A stretch of DNA of 64,000 bases from Mobula birostris (taxonomy: Eukaryota), in the NCBI RefSeq assembly GCF_030028105.1, contig NC_092371.1:40476439-40540438 (forward strand), given 5' to 3'. This document shows positions 25,601 to 38,683 of this stretch, one piece after another (position 1 is the stretch's first letter; each line of letters starts with the position of its first letter). The translations under genes were made by a program, and so were the position numbers. The notes beneath the pieces are model-generated. The model ran no database searches. It was not told the DNA's origin and was given only the letters and a program-made list of their open reading frames with translations.

Positions 25601-28600
25601 ACCCAAATGTATTGCTGATCCTTTGCTTTCATTCAAGGCTGAACTGGCTGGCAGTACATTCGAAGAACAGATAAATTTTCTCCATTTTCCATTCTGGAAA
25701 TTTTTAGTTATAAAAAAGGGACGTCAGTGATCTGTATGAGTCAGCTCATGGATCTCTGAAGAAGAATGGGTTGCTGCAGTTATTAAAGGCCTGTAGTTAT
25801 GCTTGTTCATGTCTTTTTTTTTTGATGTGTGGCCTGAATGATCTTTAAACTCCAAACCAATCCCAATAGCTTCCTATGTATATTGCAACCCCAAATTGCC
25901 ATGGAGATGTACACACAGAATGGTCTATAAAACGAATTGGTCAATGCAGAGCCTATAAATTGTTACAACTGACAATTCCCAAAAGAGTGTGCAAAAGATT
26001 TCCTTTCAAAGGATATGTGTAGTTTGTATTTTAATATTGTCTGCATATGGAAGGAGAATTAGTATTCAGCTGTTGCCACAAAAATGAGTAGTTGTAGTTT
26101 GATAGACCTGTTTTCCGCTGAAGCGGAATAGTAGGCAAATCTTGTGCATGCCTTTGTTTTCCTTTCAATGAAATACAGTACAGCAGATTTCTGCAAGAGC
26201 ACCAACATCTTCAAGAAACTGCTGATGTAACCTTTGCCTCCTTCGGCCCGCTGGGCGGCAAGTTGATGTCAAGCTAACAATTAGGGCTCCCAAGCAATTG
26301 ACCTTGGCAGCAGGGTTTTTCGTTGTTTAGTTTACTGTTAACACCATGGTAGAGTTAAGCATGACTATGAATAGGCTGTTTACCAACTAAAGCTTATTGG
26401 TGGATGTACATTTATATTAGATGTGGTTACCAGGAGCATCCAATTTTAGTTTCTCTTTGTTAATCTTTTGTGGGTAGTACTTTTTCTTATTAAGAACAAA
26501 AATTGGAGATGGGACTGGGTTTCATTGTTTTCAATTCCCTTTTTCAAAAGTGTTCTGCCAAGTTGTTCACTATCTATCAGACATTTTTTTAGAAGGGAAA
26601 TTGGTTCTCTTAATTATTTAAAAATTAACTTGAGCCACATTTTGAAGTAAGTTTCTCCAAAGGGAGGGTTCCAAATTGTTTTGAACTTAAAAGTAACTGA
26701 TTGCCTTGTGTTGAATAACCGTACGCAACAGTTGACCTTCAAGATTTTCTGCAACTTGAAATATTTTGGGTAAAACATTAAAATGTTGACATTTTAATTG
26801 ATAAATCCTAACTTAATTCCTAAAGAGTAATTTTTTAAAATGCATGTTTTTGTTGTACTTTTGTGACTTTCTGTACAGTTGATAATATTTTTGTGCCATT
26901 ATAGAAATTGCATTGTAGTAACTGTGGCTTGTCATTGGTTTTATTTGAATCAAATAATTCACAGCCACTCTTAATGAATTGTGCATCTTTTTTCATTTGG
27001 ATAAGGGCTATGCCTATACAACAGTAGCAACCCCACATGAACTAGCTAGATTCACTCTCAAACCTGACTGGTGGCGAGGCTGTTTCTCTCCTGCCAGTCA
27101 TAGCCATGATAGATTTTACTTTGTTTGCCTCTCACTGTGAGGCCCATGCATCAGGAGCTGGCAGAACTAGCTGACTGACAATACAAAAACAACCTTAACA
27201 CAATACATGCTATGTTTCATCAGCTGCACTATACTGACCAGAAAGTCCCAAGCTTGACTCTTGGTCAGTGCTGTTATCAGTGCTATATTAAAGGCACTAA
27301 AATTGTAGGGCTTTTTTTTTGCCTGGTGTTTTTCATAAGTTTTTCTCTAGAAATGGATGGATACTCATCTTGTGGAGAAATGGCCTGTGACCGACCCTCT
27401 CTTCACCCACTCCCGTATGAATAATATTGCATTTGATTAAAGTAGAAGACTAGACTCCACTAGCAGCTATGGACCATCTCTGCTGGAGTAACTTCACCAA
27501 CAGAGAAGGTAAGCAAATCCAAAATGTTCAGCAAAACCTTGCTACCAAAATCCAAACTTTTTAGTCCTGTTCATCCATCATTCTGATCTCTATCAAGCTG
27601 TTGCCAGCAAGGGAATTGTTTATTTTTAATTTTTGGCTTTACTTTAAAATCTTTTACAGCCCCACAACCCCTGATATCACACAGATTCTAACATCTTGTA
27701 CCATACCTTTCCACCATTGACAGCTGTGTCTTTAGCTCTGAGGGCACTTATGTACTGGAATGCAACATATCGTTGCCTCCATTTAAGGAGGTTTTTTAAA
27801 CTTCTGCCTGTGTTTGTGACCATCTGTCCTGTCTTTTCATGGAATGATATCAACATTCCCCCCCCCCCCCATGTAATGTGCTTTGGAACATATTAACAGC
27901 ATTAAGGCTGTTAATGATTGTCATTGCTGTTTGTTAATTTACCTTGTGTTCCTCTGCTCAAATTTTTGAGATCAAAGTAATGGTTGCAGAAGGGAAGTAC
28001 TTCTAGTTTTGGGACAGGAGCAGAAAGTATAACCAGGAGAGTATCCTCCCCAAATATGCAACGTGTTGCAGTACAAGGAGCTTCCAGTTTCCACACAGCC
28101 ATGCATGTGAAGATTTCATGAGGAATAGTCTATATTGTCGTCCTACTGCGGCTAGAAGCTAAATCGAGATGTCATCTAGTGCCATTGAGATATTGAATTA
28201 AAAATAAGTGGAATTTGTTATAAAAGTGTATCAGTTTTATTTTTTAATTTTGTGGTCTTATTCATACTTCTGGACACTTCAGTGCTGTTTGCTTGACTTG
28301 GGTGCCCTCCTGTGTTAATCTTAATAGTTGCAGTTATTGTGCAAGTCATGTACAAGTAGAACAGATGTTTACTGGAGAGCTTTCAGCATTCTCCAACCCA
28401 GCAGGTGATCTAGTCCCTGTTTGAGATTAACTTTGCTTTTCAACTGCGTACTTCTGTGTCTTAATGTTTTAATTTTGCTTTTTTAAGTTAACAGTGTTCT
28501 AAATGTTAGCATGTCTTGCACTGATTGAATAAATGGAATGTAAGTGAAAATTTACTTTGATTTTTTTTTAGGGAGTTTTTTATCGTCATTGTGAAACTTA

Positions 28601-29904
28601 AAGCTTCTAGACAAATAATGCATTGGTCTGATTTGGGCACTGGAGCTAAATGTTTATCTTGTATGCTATTTATACAATGGCCATGGCTTTTTCAACTGTG
28701 ACATGTATTTTCTATATTAATTTATCTTTTTTAAAAAGAGAATAAGTACTTACAAAGCTGAAAGGGAGTTGCATGACTATGGAAGAGAAGTTGAATATAA
28801 TTCTGTTGAATCAGATGTCATTATTTGCCTGATGTAAAATAATATAGATTATATGACAGCTATCATAAACATAAACTAGTCTAATCTGGGGAAGATGGTG
28901 ACAAAGTCTCACATGGGAAGTGGGGGGGGGGCTGGCAATTCCATCTAGAATTTGATTTTTGACTTTGGCATTATTTTGATTCCATGAGATTTAATTGAAG
29001 GACCTTTTTTTTCAACCATAGTGTTTTCAGAAATACTGTTTACATGCCACTAAATAAGCAAATAGAAATGCTTGAGGAATTGATGCTTTTGTGAATAATT
29101 TAAGAGTTTGAATGTTATCAAGGTTCTGTGCTGCTGTATATGAAATGTTTATCTTCCTCCAGCCTTGCAAATAAATTTTCCCTAGAGTGCTCTGTTTCCA
29201 TATGAAGTGTAGGTGCATGGTATTTAAACTGTTAATTTGAACAACTTTTTAATTGTTCTGTTGGTTAACTAAGTATAATGCTGCCCTTATCTTCGCATCG
29301 GCTGGGTTGAAATCAGTTAGTGCTTTTTTGTCTTAATACCATTTGGCAGCACTTGGATCTCAAATCCCTGCTGAGTTTGGTGCATTCCCAACATTTATTG
29401 GATTACAGGATGCTTGGAGATTACATTCTTGAAATTCTAGGATCTAGATAAAAGAATGAAGTCGGAACAATGAAGTTTTCTTTTGAATGTCTTTTTGATT
29501 TGTAGTTCTCCACCCTCTGTGTCCCGATTAAACAATGATGTTGGGCAGAGATAATACATTCTGGATTTTTAATTGTTAAACTGTAGTTGCGTTATTTTGC
29601 TTGTTATTGGAAAGCTGCACTATTGCTTAATTGTTTAAAGCCAGGCAGGCTTGCATTTCTGAAAGCAACCTGTATTATTAGAGGCTGTTTGGCCTCTCCG
29701 TGAAGTAGAGCATGAAACACTAGTCAGTGCTATGCTGTGTCTGCTACTCTCATCCATAAAAAGAAAAACATTATTTATGATGGCAACAAGTGTTCTCTGC
29801 TTCTGGTTTACTTGAATCCATTTGGTTGTCTAATTGTAATTGCAAGTAAAGTTTAAGCTTGAGATAACTGCAAAGTAAGTTTGCTTGGCAATTGCTTAAG
29901 CAGA

Positions 29905-30190
29905 ATGAGGGTAGCGTATGCTTTACAGCCCCAGCGATTAGTGTTCAATTCCCGCTGCTGCATGTGAGGAGTTTGAACATTCTCCCCGCGGTGGCGCAGG
30001 TTTCTTCTAGGTGCTCCGTTTTCCTGCCATGGTACAAGGACTTGCGTGTTAGGATCACTAAACTATAGGCATGCAATGTCGATGCTGGAAGCATTGTGAA
30101 ACTTGCAGGTTGCTCCCAGCACATCCTTGGATTGTGTTGGTCGTTGATGCAAGTGATGCATTTTACTGTATGTTTCATAAAGCTAATCTT
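29905..30190 (+). mobile_element. tRNA-derived V-SINE-like element
   Basis: B box GTTCAATTCC, then a V-domain-like GGAGTTTGAACATTCTCCCCG…GGTGCTCCGTTTTCCTGCCA, ending ATAAAGCTAATCT. Confidence 0.75.
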
Positions 30191-32344
30191 GTAGATAATC
30201 GTGGATATGGATACTGAGCAAAATATTAAATTCGTCAGAATCATGCCTAAAATATCTGCATATGTATTTCCAATAATCAGATAATGGAATTTCAAAGGTT
30301 TTGGATCATGTTTTACTGTACTTGCTCAATTTGTCATCATGAAATACAGCTTTGTAAACTCCAGGTTTTAATTGCTTCAGTATTTGATGCATCTTGTAAA
30401 TGAGATTTCGATTGAGAAACCTGTTGCTGTTCACCATGTACTTTACTGTAAAAGACCACAATATTTGTTCTACTTAAACTGTTTCCAAATCAATGAACTG
30501 CTTTAATTTATTTGACCTTATCTAAGAAATCGGAGCTAACAAGGATGTGAACAGCAGCCTCTAGTGAGGGCAAGAACACTGATTACAATCTGTGCAGGAA
30601 ATTCAGAGAGCCTCACTAATGAGACAAAGGCAACTGTTTCTTAGGCTTTTAACTTACTTATGGAGTTCAGCTGCTTTCCTTTTGGCTCTGTAAGTGTATA
30701 TATTGGGAACTAAGGACTTGAATAGGGTATCTTGTTACAAGAGGTTAACAGGAAGTGGGTTTTACTGGTCAGTTTTAGTGTTGTGCATGAGTGAAGTGAA
30801 CAGCTATGTGCTAACTGCTATTGAATGGTACAGTTTTGCAGAATGGGTCGGCACTTAGGGTGGGGAAGGAGTGCTGTTAGTGCCATGTGACTGGAATATC
30901 TCTCGCATGTCTAAATGGCATGTTTCTCGTTTAAATATAGCTAGAAAATTTGTTTAATACATTTCCATTCTGGCAATTGTATGGCTATTATCTGTACAAT
31001 GTCTGTGACTTTATTTTGGAGAAGTCTTGTAAAATTATTCTCTCTTGCTTCCTTGTTATGGTGTGTTAATTTTTCTGGTCGCTATTGAGGGCATTGCTGC
31101 ATTCAGTTCCAGAAGTTCTCTGGTACTAGCATAGGTGTCTTTTGGTCAAGATGGTAAATATTTTAAAAATGAATGCAAAAAGCAGGAGAGTAGTTTGACT
31201 TTCTGCTCATACTATGTCAATGTATGTGCATGTCCATGGCAATTTATTTAGCATCAGTGGGCAGTGATGATGCTTGATTATGGTTTTCCTTTCACTAGGA
31301 TGAGGCAAAGAAACTAAAGTTAATGTTATCATTTACTTAACAGAAAGCAGTGGATAACTTCAAGCCATCTTGTGTCATTTAATGTAATCACTGAGCCTGC
31401 ACAAGGTTATGGATATTGTAACTCCTGTTGAAAATAAACCTTTGTATTCTACAGCAGTATGGCTGGCATGACATGGAATTAATAGAGTTAAACAAGCACA
31501 TTTAATCGTGAGTGGTTCAGATATGTTTTTGCAAAGTTGATGCAGTGTCAGCAGTTCTAAGAAAAATAATTGCACTTTATTGTGCCTTTAACAATGTTAG
31601 GATGTCCTAAGGGTAGTTTTGAAATGGAGTCTACTGTTGTGGTCTGTAAAGATCAAGACTTAATCCGTGACCAGGTGTAATTGAATGTGTCTGCTAATAT
31701 GCAAGTTGCAATAGCAGAGCTTTGGGAGCTCTGTACTTTAAGGTTAAATTGCAGAAATTGGTGATTTTTACATTTGGAGCAAAGAATATTGAGAGTGAAT
31801 TTAACATTAAAGCTCATACGGTAGATGGTTCAGACTTTGAGAAAGATTGAAAAATATTGAACAGTAGATGCAACGGGGAAGCGGGGTAATCTTTTTTTAC
31901 TCAAATTCTCTGCCAGTGAAGGTGATAGAAACCAAATCAATCAATAGCTTCCGAATAAATTGGGCAACGGAGAGAGAGCAGGGCAATGTGAAGGGTAAGA
32001 TTACTGCATTATAACTGGTATAGACTCAGAATCATTATGGTAGAGGTGTGGTTTCTCAGAAATTCAAAATCTGTCGAATATTTTGCTTACTGCTGTCTTA
32101 GCAAAAATAGTGGCTGATTCACTTAGCTAATTGCCTCACTATTGCTTATGATCTTACTTTGTTTAAAATTATTTCATTAGAATAGTGACTGCACTTTGGC
32201 ACTTTCGAAGGGCCCGGGGTTAGTTTGGAAGAATTTCCTAAAACAAAACAGAAGTTAGGAGGGAGAATATTTTCAAAGGCAGAGAAAAAGGTGAGGGCTT
32301 AAGGACAAAAGAGATGTGGGGTGGGGGGGAGAGATTAAGCATGA

Positions 32345-33150
32345 GCAGAGGCATGCCATTTTTTTGTGCCTACTGCGCCATTCCGTGAGGTCATGGCTGA
32401 TCTGGGTCACAAACTCCATAACCCTCCTTCTCCTCCCCCCCCCCCCCCATATCAAATAAAATCTTATAATTGCTGTTTTGAATATACTGAGGAAGTTGGA
32501 TTCTGCAAACACAAGCAAATGCTGGAGGAACTCAGCAGGTCAGGCATCATCTATGAAAAAGAGTAACAGGTCGAAGTTGGATTCCACAGCCCTTTGCAAT
32601 ATATTCCAATAATTCATTACACTCCATGAGAAGGAACAACTTCTCAGCTCTGTTCTGAATGGCTGCCCACCATTATTTTGAGAGATTAATCACTGGACCT
32701 CCCAGCCTTGGAGATATGAAACATCTACCCTGTCAATTTGATTTAAGAATTATGAAAATCCAGATTTGACAAAGGGCCTTGGACTTGAAATTTTCTTTTT
32801 CACAGATGCTGCCTGACCCACTGAGTGTTTCAAGCTTTTCTGTTTTTGCTTTAACGATTTTCTCTCACACTACTTGTTTTTCTAAACTCCTAGAGCTTAT
32901 GGGCCTAGCCTGTCTCGTCACTTCTCATAAAATAAATGCTAAAATGATCCAAATCTTTTAATGAACCTTTTGTACACTTCTATTGAAAATTTTCTTCCTT
33001 TGCTGGGCAGGCATTCCAGATGTGATCTCACTGGGGCTGTATATAATTGAAGCAATCTGTTTGTACTCCTGTGATAAAGGATGACATATCATTTGCTGCC
33101 TTAATTGCTTACTGAATCTTTAGTGGTTCTTGTACAAGACACCAACACAA
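32345..33150 (-). mobile_element. Decayed CR1 3' region interrupted by Penelope-tail insertions
   Basis: GCGCCATTCCGTGAGGTCATGGCTGATCTG is similar to the CR1 3' UTR at 12350-12380. Confidence 0.55.
32504..32572 (-). mobile_element. 69-bp Penelope-tail insertion, 12-bp TSD
   Basis: GAAGTTGGATTC at 32492-32503 and 32573-32584. The body matches the tail downstream of the hammerhead motif. Confidence 0.82.
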
Positions 33151-36100
33151 TTTGCCAACTTGTATTTTTTTTTTAAAGAAGTAGAATGGCTAGGTTTGGT
33201 AATTGTGATTACTTGGAAGAGAACTGTAAAGCGGAAACAATCAAAGTTATTTCTTGAGGTTAAGTTGAAGGAGGTTAAGAGGTTGCACTAGTCTGTATAG
33301 CTTGCATTGATAAGTGTTACCCGGAGAGCTCTTGCAAAATTGCAGGTGAAAATTGTAATATTTACTCCGAAAACTGAAGAAGTTTTTCAAGAAATGGAAG
33401 AATCCAAGAAAATATCCTGTCTGTGAATATACTATGAATGGTGCTTTTTCAGATACTACATGAGAGAAATTGGAGAGCTCCGCTCAATCAATGTCACTAT
33501 CTATAAACAGTGAGTGGCTGAAAATCTTCCAAGCTCCACCCATGGCACTCTCGAAATGTCTGACATGGTGTGCACTGCATTGCCTTCACAGGATTTAATT
33601 CTTTGCTGGAGAAATTTTTGGATCTCTGTTCTGATGAAAATGTTTTTATCCTAATTTTTTGATGCCAGTTTATGGTGAATCTTCAGGGGCAATGAATAAT
33701 ATAATCTAGTTACTGAGCATGTGGAATTCAAAGCCCCATGGCCTGGAATGGTAGTCTTCTGTTTAACAATGGTGCAGTCACAACCTGCCAGGTTTATTTA
33801 ATGCCAAGTTGTGTTGTGTTTCTTGCATTGTTAAGGGTTTACTCCATAAAGATGCAATTGGGCTTTAGATCGGTGTTGGAATAATATCTTGTCACTGAAC
33901 TTCATTATAAATAAAGCCAGAAAAGCTGGCAAAGGTTACTTTTGTGTTTCTTTTGTACTTTGCAGACATATAATTGGTGTTTTGTGTTATTAAGAGATTT
34001 CATGAATGTCTTTTCCAATCAGACTGGTTTGATAGAAGGTTTGAGATACAAAAACATGTTCTTGGCAGGCGGCCTTCGTGTGTAAGCAATAAAGGGCAAC
34101 TCATTTTCTGTGGTCCTCAAGTAAAACTAGTAAGTTCATAATATGTTAATGGAAAAATGCATTCTTGAACTAAGATAGCTTTTATGATTTAAGGACATTT
34201 CAGCACTCATTTATATTTAAAAAAACATTTTGCAATTAATGTGAACAAAGTAATTTCCTGCAAGTTGTATACAGGCTGATAAACTCTTATGTGGAAGGGA
34301 AGAGATCAAGGTTATTGTGATTTAGTAGTGAGATTGGTGGCAAACGTGTGGAGGGAAGAATTGGATACTACTGCAGTACAGTGCTCAGTGGGGTCTAAAT
34401 GGGTTGGTTAATTTGATAATGAGCAATTGTTTTTTTTTCAAAAAAGAACCTTTTTTTAAACAAAATATGTAAAATAAACTTATGCACCAGGAGGCAATTA
34501 TGCAGCATGGTTAGATCTTGGATCAGCAACCTACAACACTTTTATGGACATGTGTCAGTCTTGTCTGTAATTGACTGTACAGAGACTGATACAGTACACA
34601 CACCCCATACCATTTCAAGATCCACCCACAAGCCACCCAGTGAAAGGAAAGTTATCCTGTAGAGGCATTGTTGGGAACTGCTGGATATAACTCCTTGAAG
34701 GAGTAACTGATGTCATCATACAGTTTACCTCTGACCAGGAAGAGTGAATACCAAGAGGCAAAGACTGTTCTTGCATGTTGCAAGTTCAAGGACCTACCTG
34801 ATGCCAGTTTGAGACAGTAGGGGCCTGTCCCTCAGTGGGTAGATCTTGCATTGACAATGACTGCAATTTTTTCAAGACCTCTTAAGGAATTGGCACCAAT
34901 GGGATGGGCTGCAAGACTCTTAGAAATTTCTAGCAATACCCCAGTGTTTCTCTTTTGTTGTAGAAAGCCTTGTATTTGTGAACTTAAGAGATTCCAGATC
35001 AATCTGATGCCAAGAAGGAGGATGTTTTTTGAGGAAGGCTAGAGAAGAATTGAATTAGTCTTCTTAGTTTAGGGGAGTAGAAGACATCTGCTCTCTGAGA
35101 GAAAAAAAGCATGAACATTCAGGCTTTGAGAGATAAACAATGATCAGCTTTTTGTACTTTTTTTCTGAATGTTCTGGCACCCTCTTTAAAGGTTTATGAC
35201 CATGTTTCTGGATTGGTTAACTGTGTTTTCTGTTCAATATTATTCATGCAGTCCCTTTGTCTCATGTACATACTGTTTGTGAATGTTAACAAATGTATTT
35301 CAGATCTCGTTGTTGTGAGTGTCTTGATTATTTATTGAAATAGGAAGTACACACACCATGTACTTTCAGATATTGTTTCTGGTAACATTTGAAGTAAATG
35401 GCACTTCATTTGTTTCCATGTCTCCTGTATTTGATAATGTGGCTTAATGGGGATTACAAGTTTCTGACTGTGAGGTTAAATGTCAAAGCAAGTCCAGATG
35501 TAGTAATGCAGGAATCATTGGTTTCACCACTTTCCAAGATTCTTGCCTACTGCTTAGATAAGGGCAAAGCTTACAGAGTAAATTAGCATAATGATCAGTA
35601 GAGTAGGCCATGCAAGTTGATGGGAGAGGATAAGATGTGTTATGGGGGATATTGTAGTTGGTGTTTGGCAACAATGGACTAGGAGTTCCAAAAGGTGTAT
35701 TGTATGCCTTGTACCATGTTTAAATATAGTACCATTGGAGCCAAAGACATGCCCACAGTCCAAAGACACATCGGTTAATAGGCTAATTGGTCATTGTAAA
35801 TTATCCCATGTTTAGGCTAGAGTTATATTGGGGGTTGCTTGGTGGTGTGGCTTGAAGGATCTATTCCGTGCTGTATCTCCAAATAAATAGTAGTGATCAG
35901 TTATCTTGGATGATGTAGAAAGGAGCATGTGAAGGGAAAACTATAATCAAGTTCTTTTTGAGGGAGCTTGAAGGTTTGGTTCAAATTAAAATGTACTAAT
36001 TGCAGGGAAGTCACATTTTCTTTTTTGAGTCCAGTCTGGTAAAGTAGGAGAGTTTTCCAAATAAGTAAACCAGCCAAGGAAGAGGGTATTTTTGAAGTAT

Positions 36101-37317
36101 TGTGTAATGAATTTGACTGATTTTTCTCTCCTTGGTCTGAAGCAAGTCATACATCTGGATAAATTATCCACGTGTAGGGTGTATAGTGATTGTGATTAAG
36201 ATAGACTTGGAAACTATTAATATACCATCCGGTAGCTAATAGCAGACATTTAAGAAAATCATAGTACTGAGTATGCAAGTACAACTTGGAAATATTGTAA
36301 AAGAACAGGTATGATGATCAAAGTTAAGATAGTACAAAGCTTTTATTAGTTAAAAGGCAAGCTGGAGAATTTTTAGAATTTGACAAAAGATGACCAGACA
36401 TTCAGTGAGGAGGAAAATAAAAAAAAGCTTTAAGTTTGTATAGAAACGGTCAGCAAAAGAAGATGCAATCCATTTTTGAGGAAGATAAATTGGTAAATGA
36501 AGAATATAGATATTATGTCATTTCCCATTACTTCTATTTTTTTGTTTTGTCCTTGCAATGAGAATTAGAAACTTGAATTTCTTATTTAGTGAGTTTCTCG
36601 TTCTTATTAAAATAACCCCAAAATGTAATGTCATTAGAAAACAAACTGATCTCAAAAATCACTCTATCATCTACCATAGCTCCTGGAATGTTTTGAGTTG
36701 AGTAGTTTAGTTTATGATTCTCCAAAATGCCCAGGGTTTTAAAATATTCCGCATGGATTGGAAGACAAGTATAATGCTACAATTAAAGATGAGTTGGGTG
36801 GGGGGTGGAATTGGAACTATTAATCAGTCAGCCTCTTAGTTGGGGGAATTATTAAATTTTATTAACAAGGATATTGATGTAGATTTTAAAATAAATTATA
36901 AATGATACTTTTAAACATGTAAATAAGCTATGAACATGTTATTTTGATGATCAGGAGTTTGTAAATTGTGTGATTCAGATATCACTAAAAACTCCAGAAT
37001 TCTTGGGATTGATATTATTATGGATTTTCAAATACATTTTGTTTCGCAAACAATATGGGTGTTGGCTTTAGGAGCCCGTGATGTTGGTGAATTTGGAGTT
37101 GCATGTGAGTACACTGAGCAAGGAGGACATATTTCCCTTCTTGTCACTGTGTGAACGAAATGGGATTTTGCACCAATCCCAGCAGTTTGATGATAAACAA
37201 TAGGAATAAATGGGGGGGTGGGGCCTCATGGGTTGGCAGATGGTAACTACAGGGGCACTGATTATGTGTTACTTGGGCCTCACTATTCGGAATGGCATAG
37301 AAGAAGGTGTGTATTTG

Positions 37318-37645
37318 GCGCGCAAGGTGGTGCAGCTGGTAGGTCTGATGTCTCTCATTTCTCATGACCACAGTTTTGATTCTGACCTCTGATATTGTCT
37401 TCCTGGAGTTTTAGATGTTCTTTCTCCCTATGACCTCTTGGATTCCCCTTGGGTCCTCTGGTTTCCTTTCACATCCCAAAGATGTGCCGGTTAGTAGATT
37501 AAACTGCATTGTAGATATGCTGCTACTAAGGGCGGGTGAGTGGTAGCGTCTAGAGAGAATTGATGAGCCTGTGGGGAGAATAAAAAAAGGATAGTTGCGA
37601 GGCACCTGATGGGCCAAAGAGCCTGTTTCTATGCAGTAAGACTGA
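37318..37645 (+). mobile_element. HE1-like V-SINE with CR1-type tail
   Basis: Degenerate tRNA head, V domain (GGAGTTTTAGATGTTCTTTCTCCC…CTCTGGTTTCCTTTCACATCCCAAAGA) and tail GATGGGCCAAAGAGCCTGTTTCTATGC. Confidence 0.6.
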
Positions 37646-37904
37646 CCAAAATGCATAAGAATGTAAATGGGTGAAGTGAGTAATTTAAAACATGGCTATA
37701 AAATGTAATGGTAAGATTTGCATCTTGATTATAGGGGAAAAAATATTTCTTCAAAAAATAAGATTGTGAAATATTGATGCAGTTGGATGATCTTGTAGAT
37801 GAATCAAGGTAACATGGAATATCTCTAGAAATAGGGAAAACAGTAATATTAACCTTTTTAATTGTAATGGGATTGGAATCCAAAGGTAAAGAAGTCTTGT
37901 AGAA

Positions 37905-38683
37905 CAGCAGTCCCCAACCACCGGGCCGCAAAACATGTGCTACCAGGCCACGAGGAAATGATACGAGTCAGCTGCACCTTTCCTCGTTCCCTGTCATGCA
38001 CTGTTGAACTTGAACATAGGGTTGCCAACTGTCCCGTATTTGCCGGGACATCCCGTATATTGGGCTAAATTGGGTTGTCCCATACGGGACCGCCCTTGTC
38101 CCACATTTCCCCCGCTAAGGTAGAGCATTCCTATGAAACCTTCGTGCTGAAATGTCGTAAAGCGAAGAAGCAATTACCATTAATTTATATGGGAAAAATT
38201 TTTGAGCATTCCCAGACCCAAAAAATAACCTACCAAATCATACCAAATAACACATAAAACCCAAAATAACACTAACATATAGTAAAAGCAGGAATGATAG
38301 GATAAATACACAGCCTATATAAAATAGAAATAATGTACATACAGTGTAGTCAGGAAGATTAAGCCAAAACTGATTTGTAAGGGGAGAAAATCGGCTTGTA
38401 CGTGCATGCACACATCACATATGACGCACGTCATGCATGCGCAGTGCCCGCGCAAGGCTTCATGGTCATGGTAGTCTTTCCTGGGGCAAGCAGAAGTGCC
38501 CCGTATTTTGTCCCTTATTTGGGAGTGAGAAAGTTGGCAACCCTAACTGTAAAAGACATGTTGAGGTGAGTTTAACCCTCCTTAAACACCCCCCCCCCAC
38601 CACCACCACCGGGTTGGCTGGTCTGCAAGAATATTGTCAATATTAAACACCAGTCCGCGGTCAAAAAAGGTTGGGGACCCCTG
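37905..38683. mobile_element. hAT (Charlie-like) non-autonomous element, 8-bp TSD
   Basis: TIRs CAGCAGTCCCCAACC and GGTTGGGGACCCCTG. TTGTAGAA is duplicated at 37897-37904 and 38684-38691. Confidence 0.9.
38017..38545. mobile_element. Nested TIR element inside the hAT element
   Basis: Perfect 14-bp TIR TAGGGTTGCCAACT / AGTTGGCAACCCTA, with subterminal TCCCGTAT-like repeats. No clear TSD. Confidence 0.8.

Noticed and set aside
29905-29960. tRNA gene
   Set aside because: The B box is present but there is no cloverleaf, and it continues into a SINE body.
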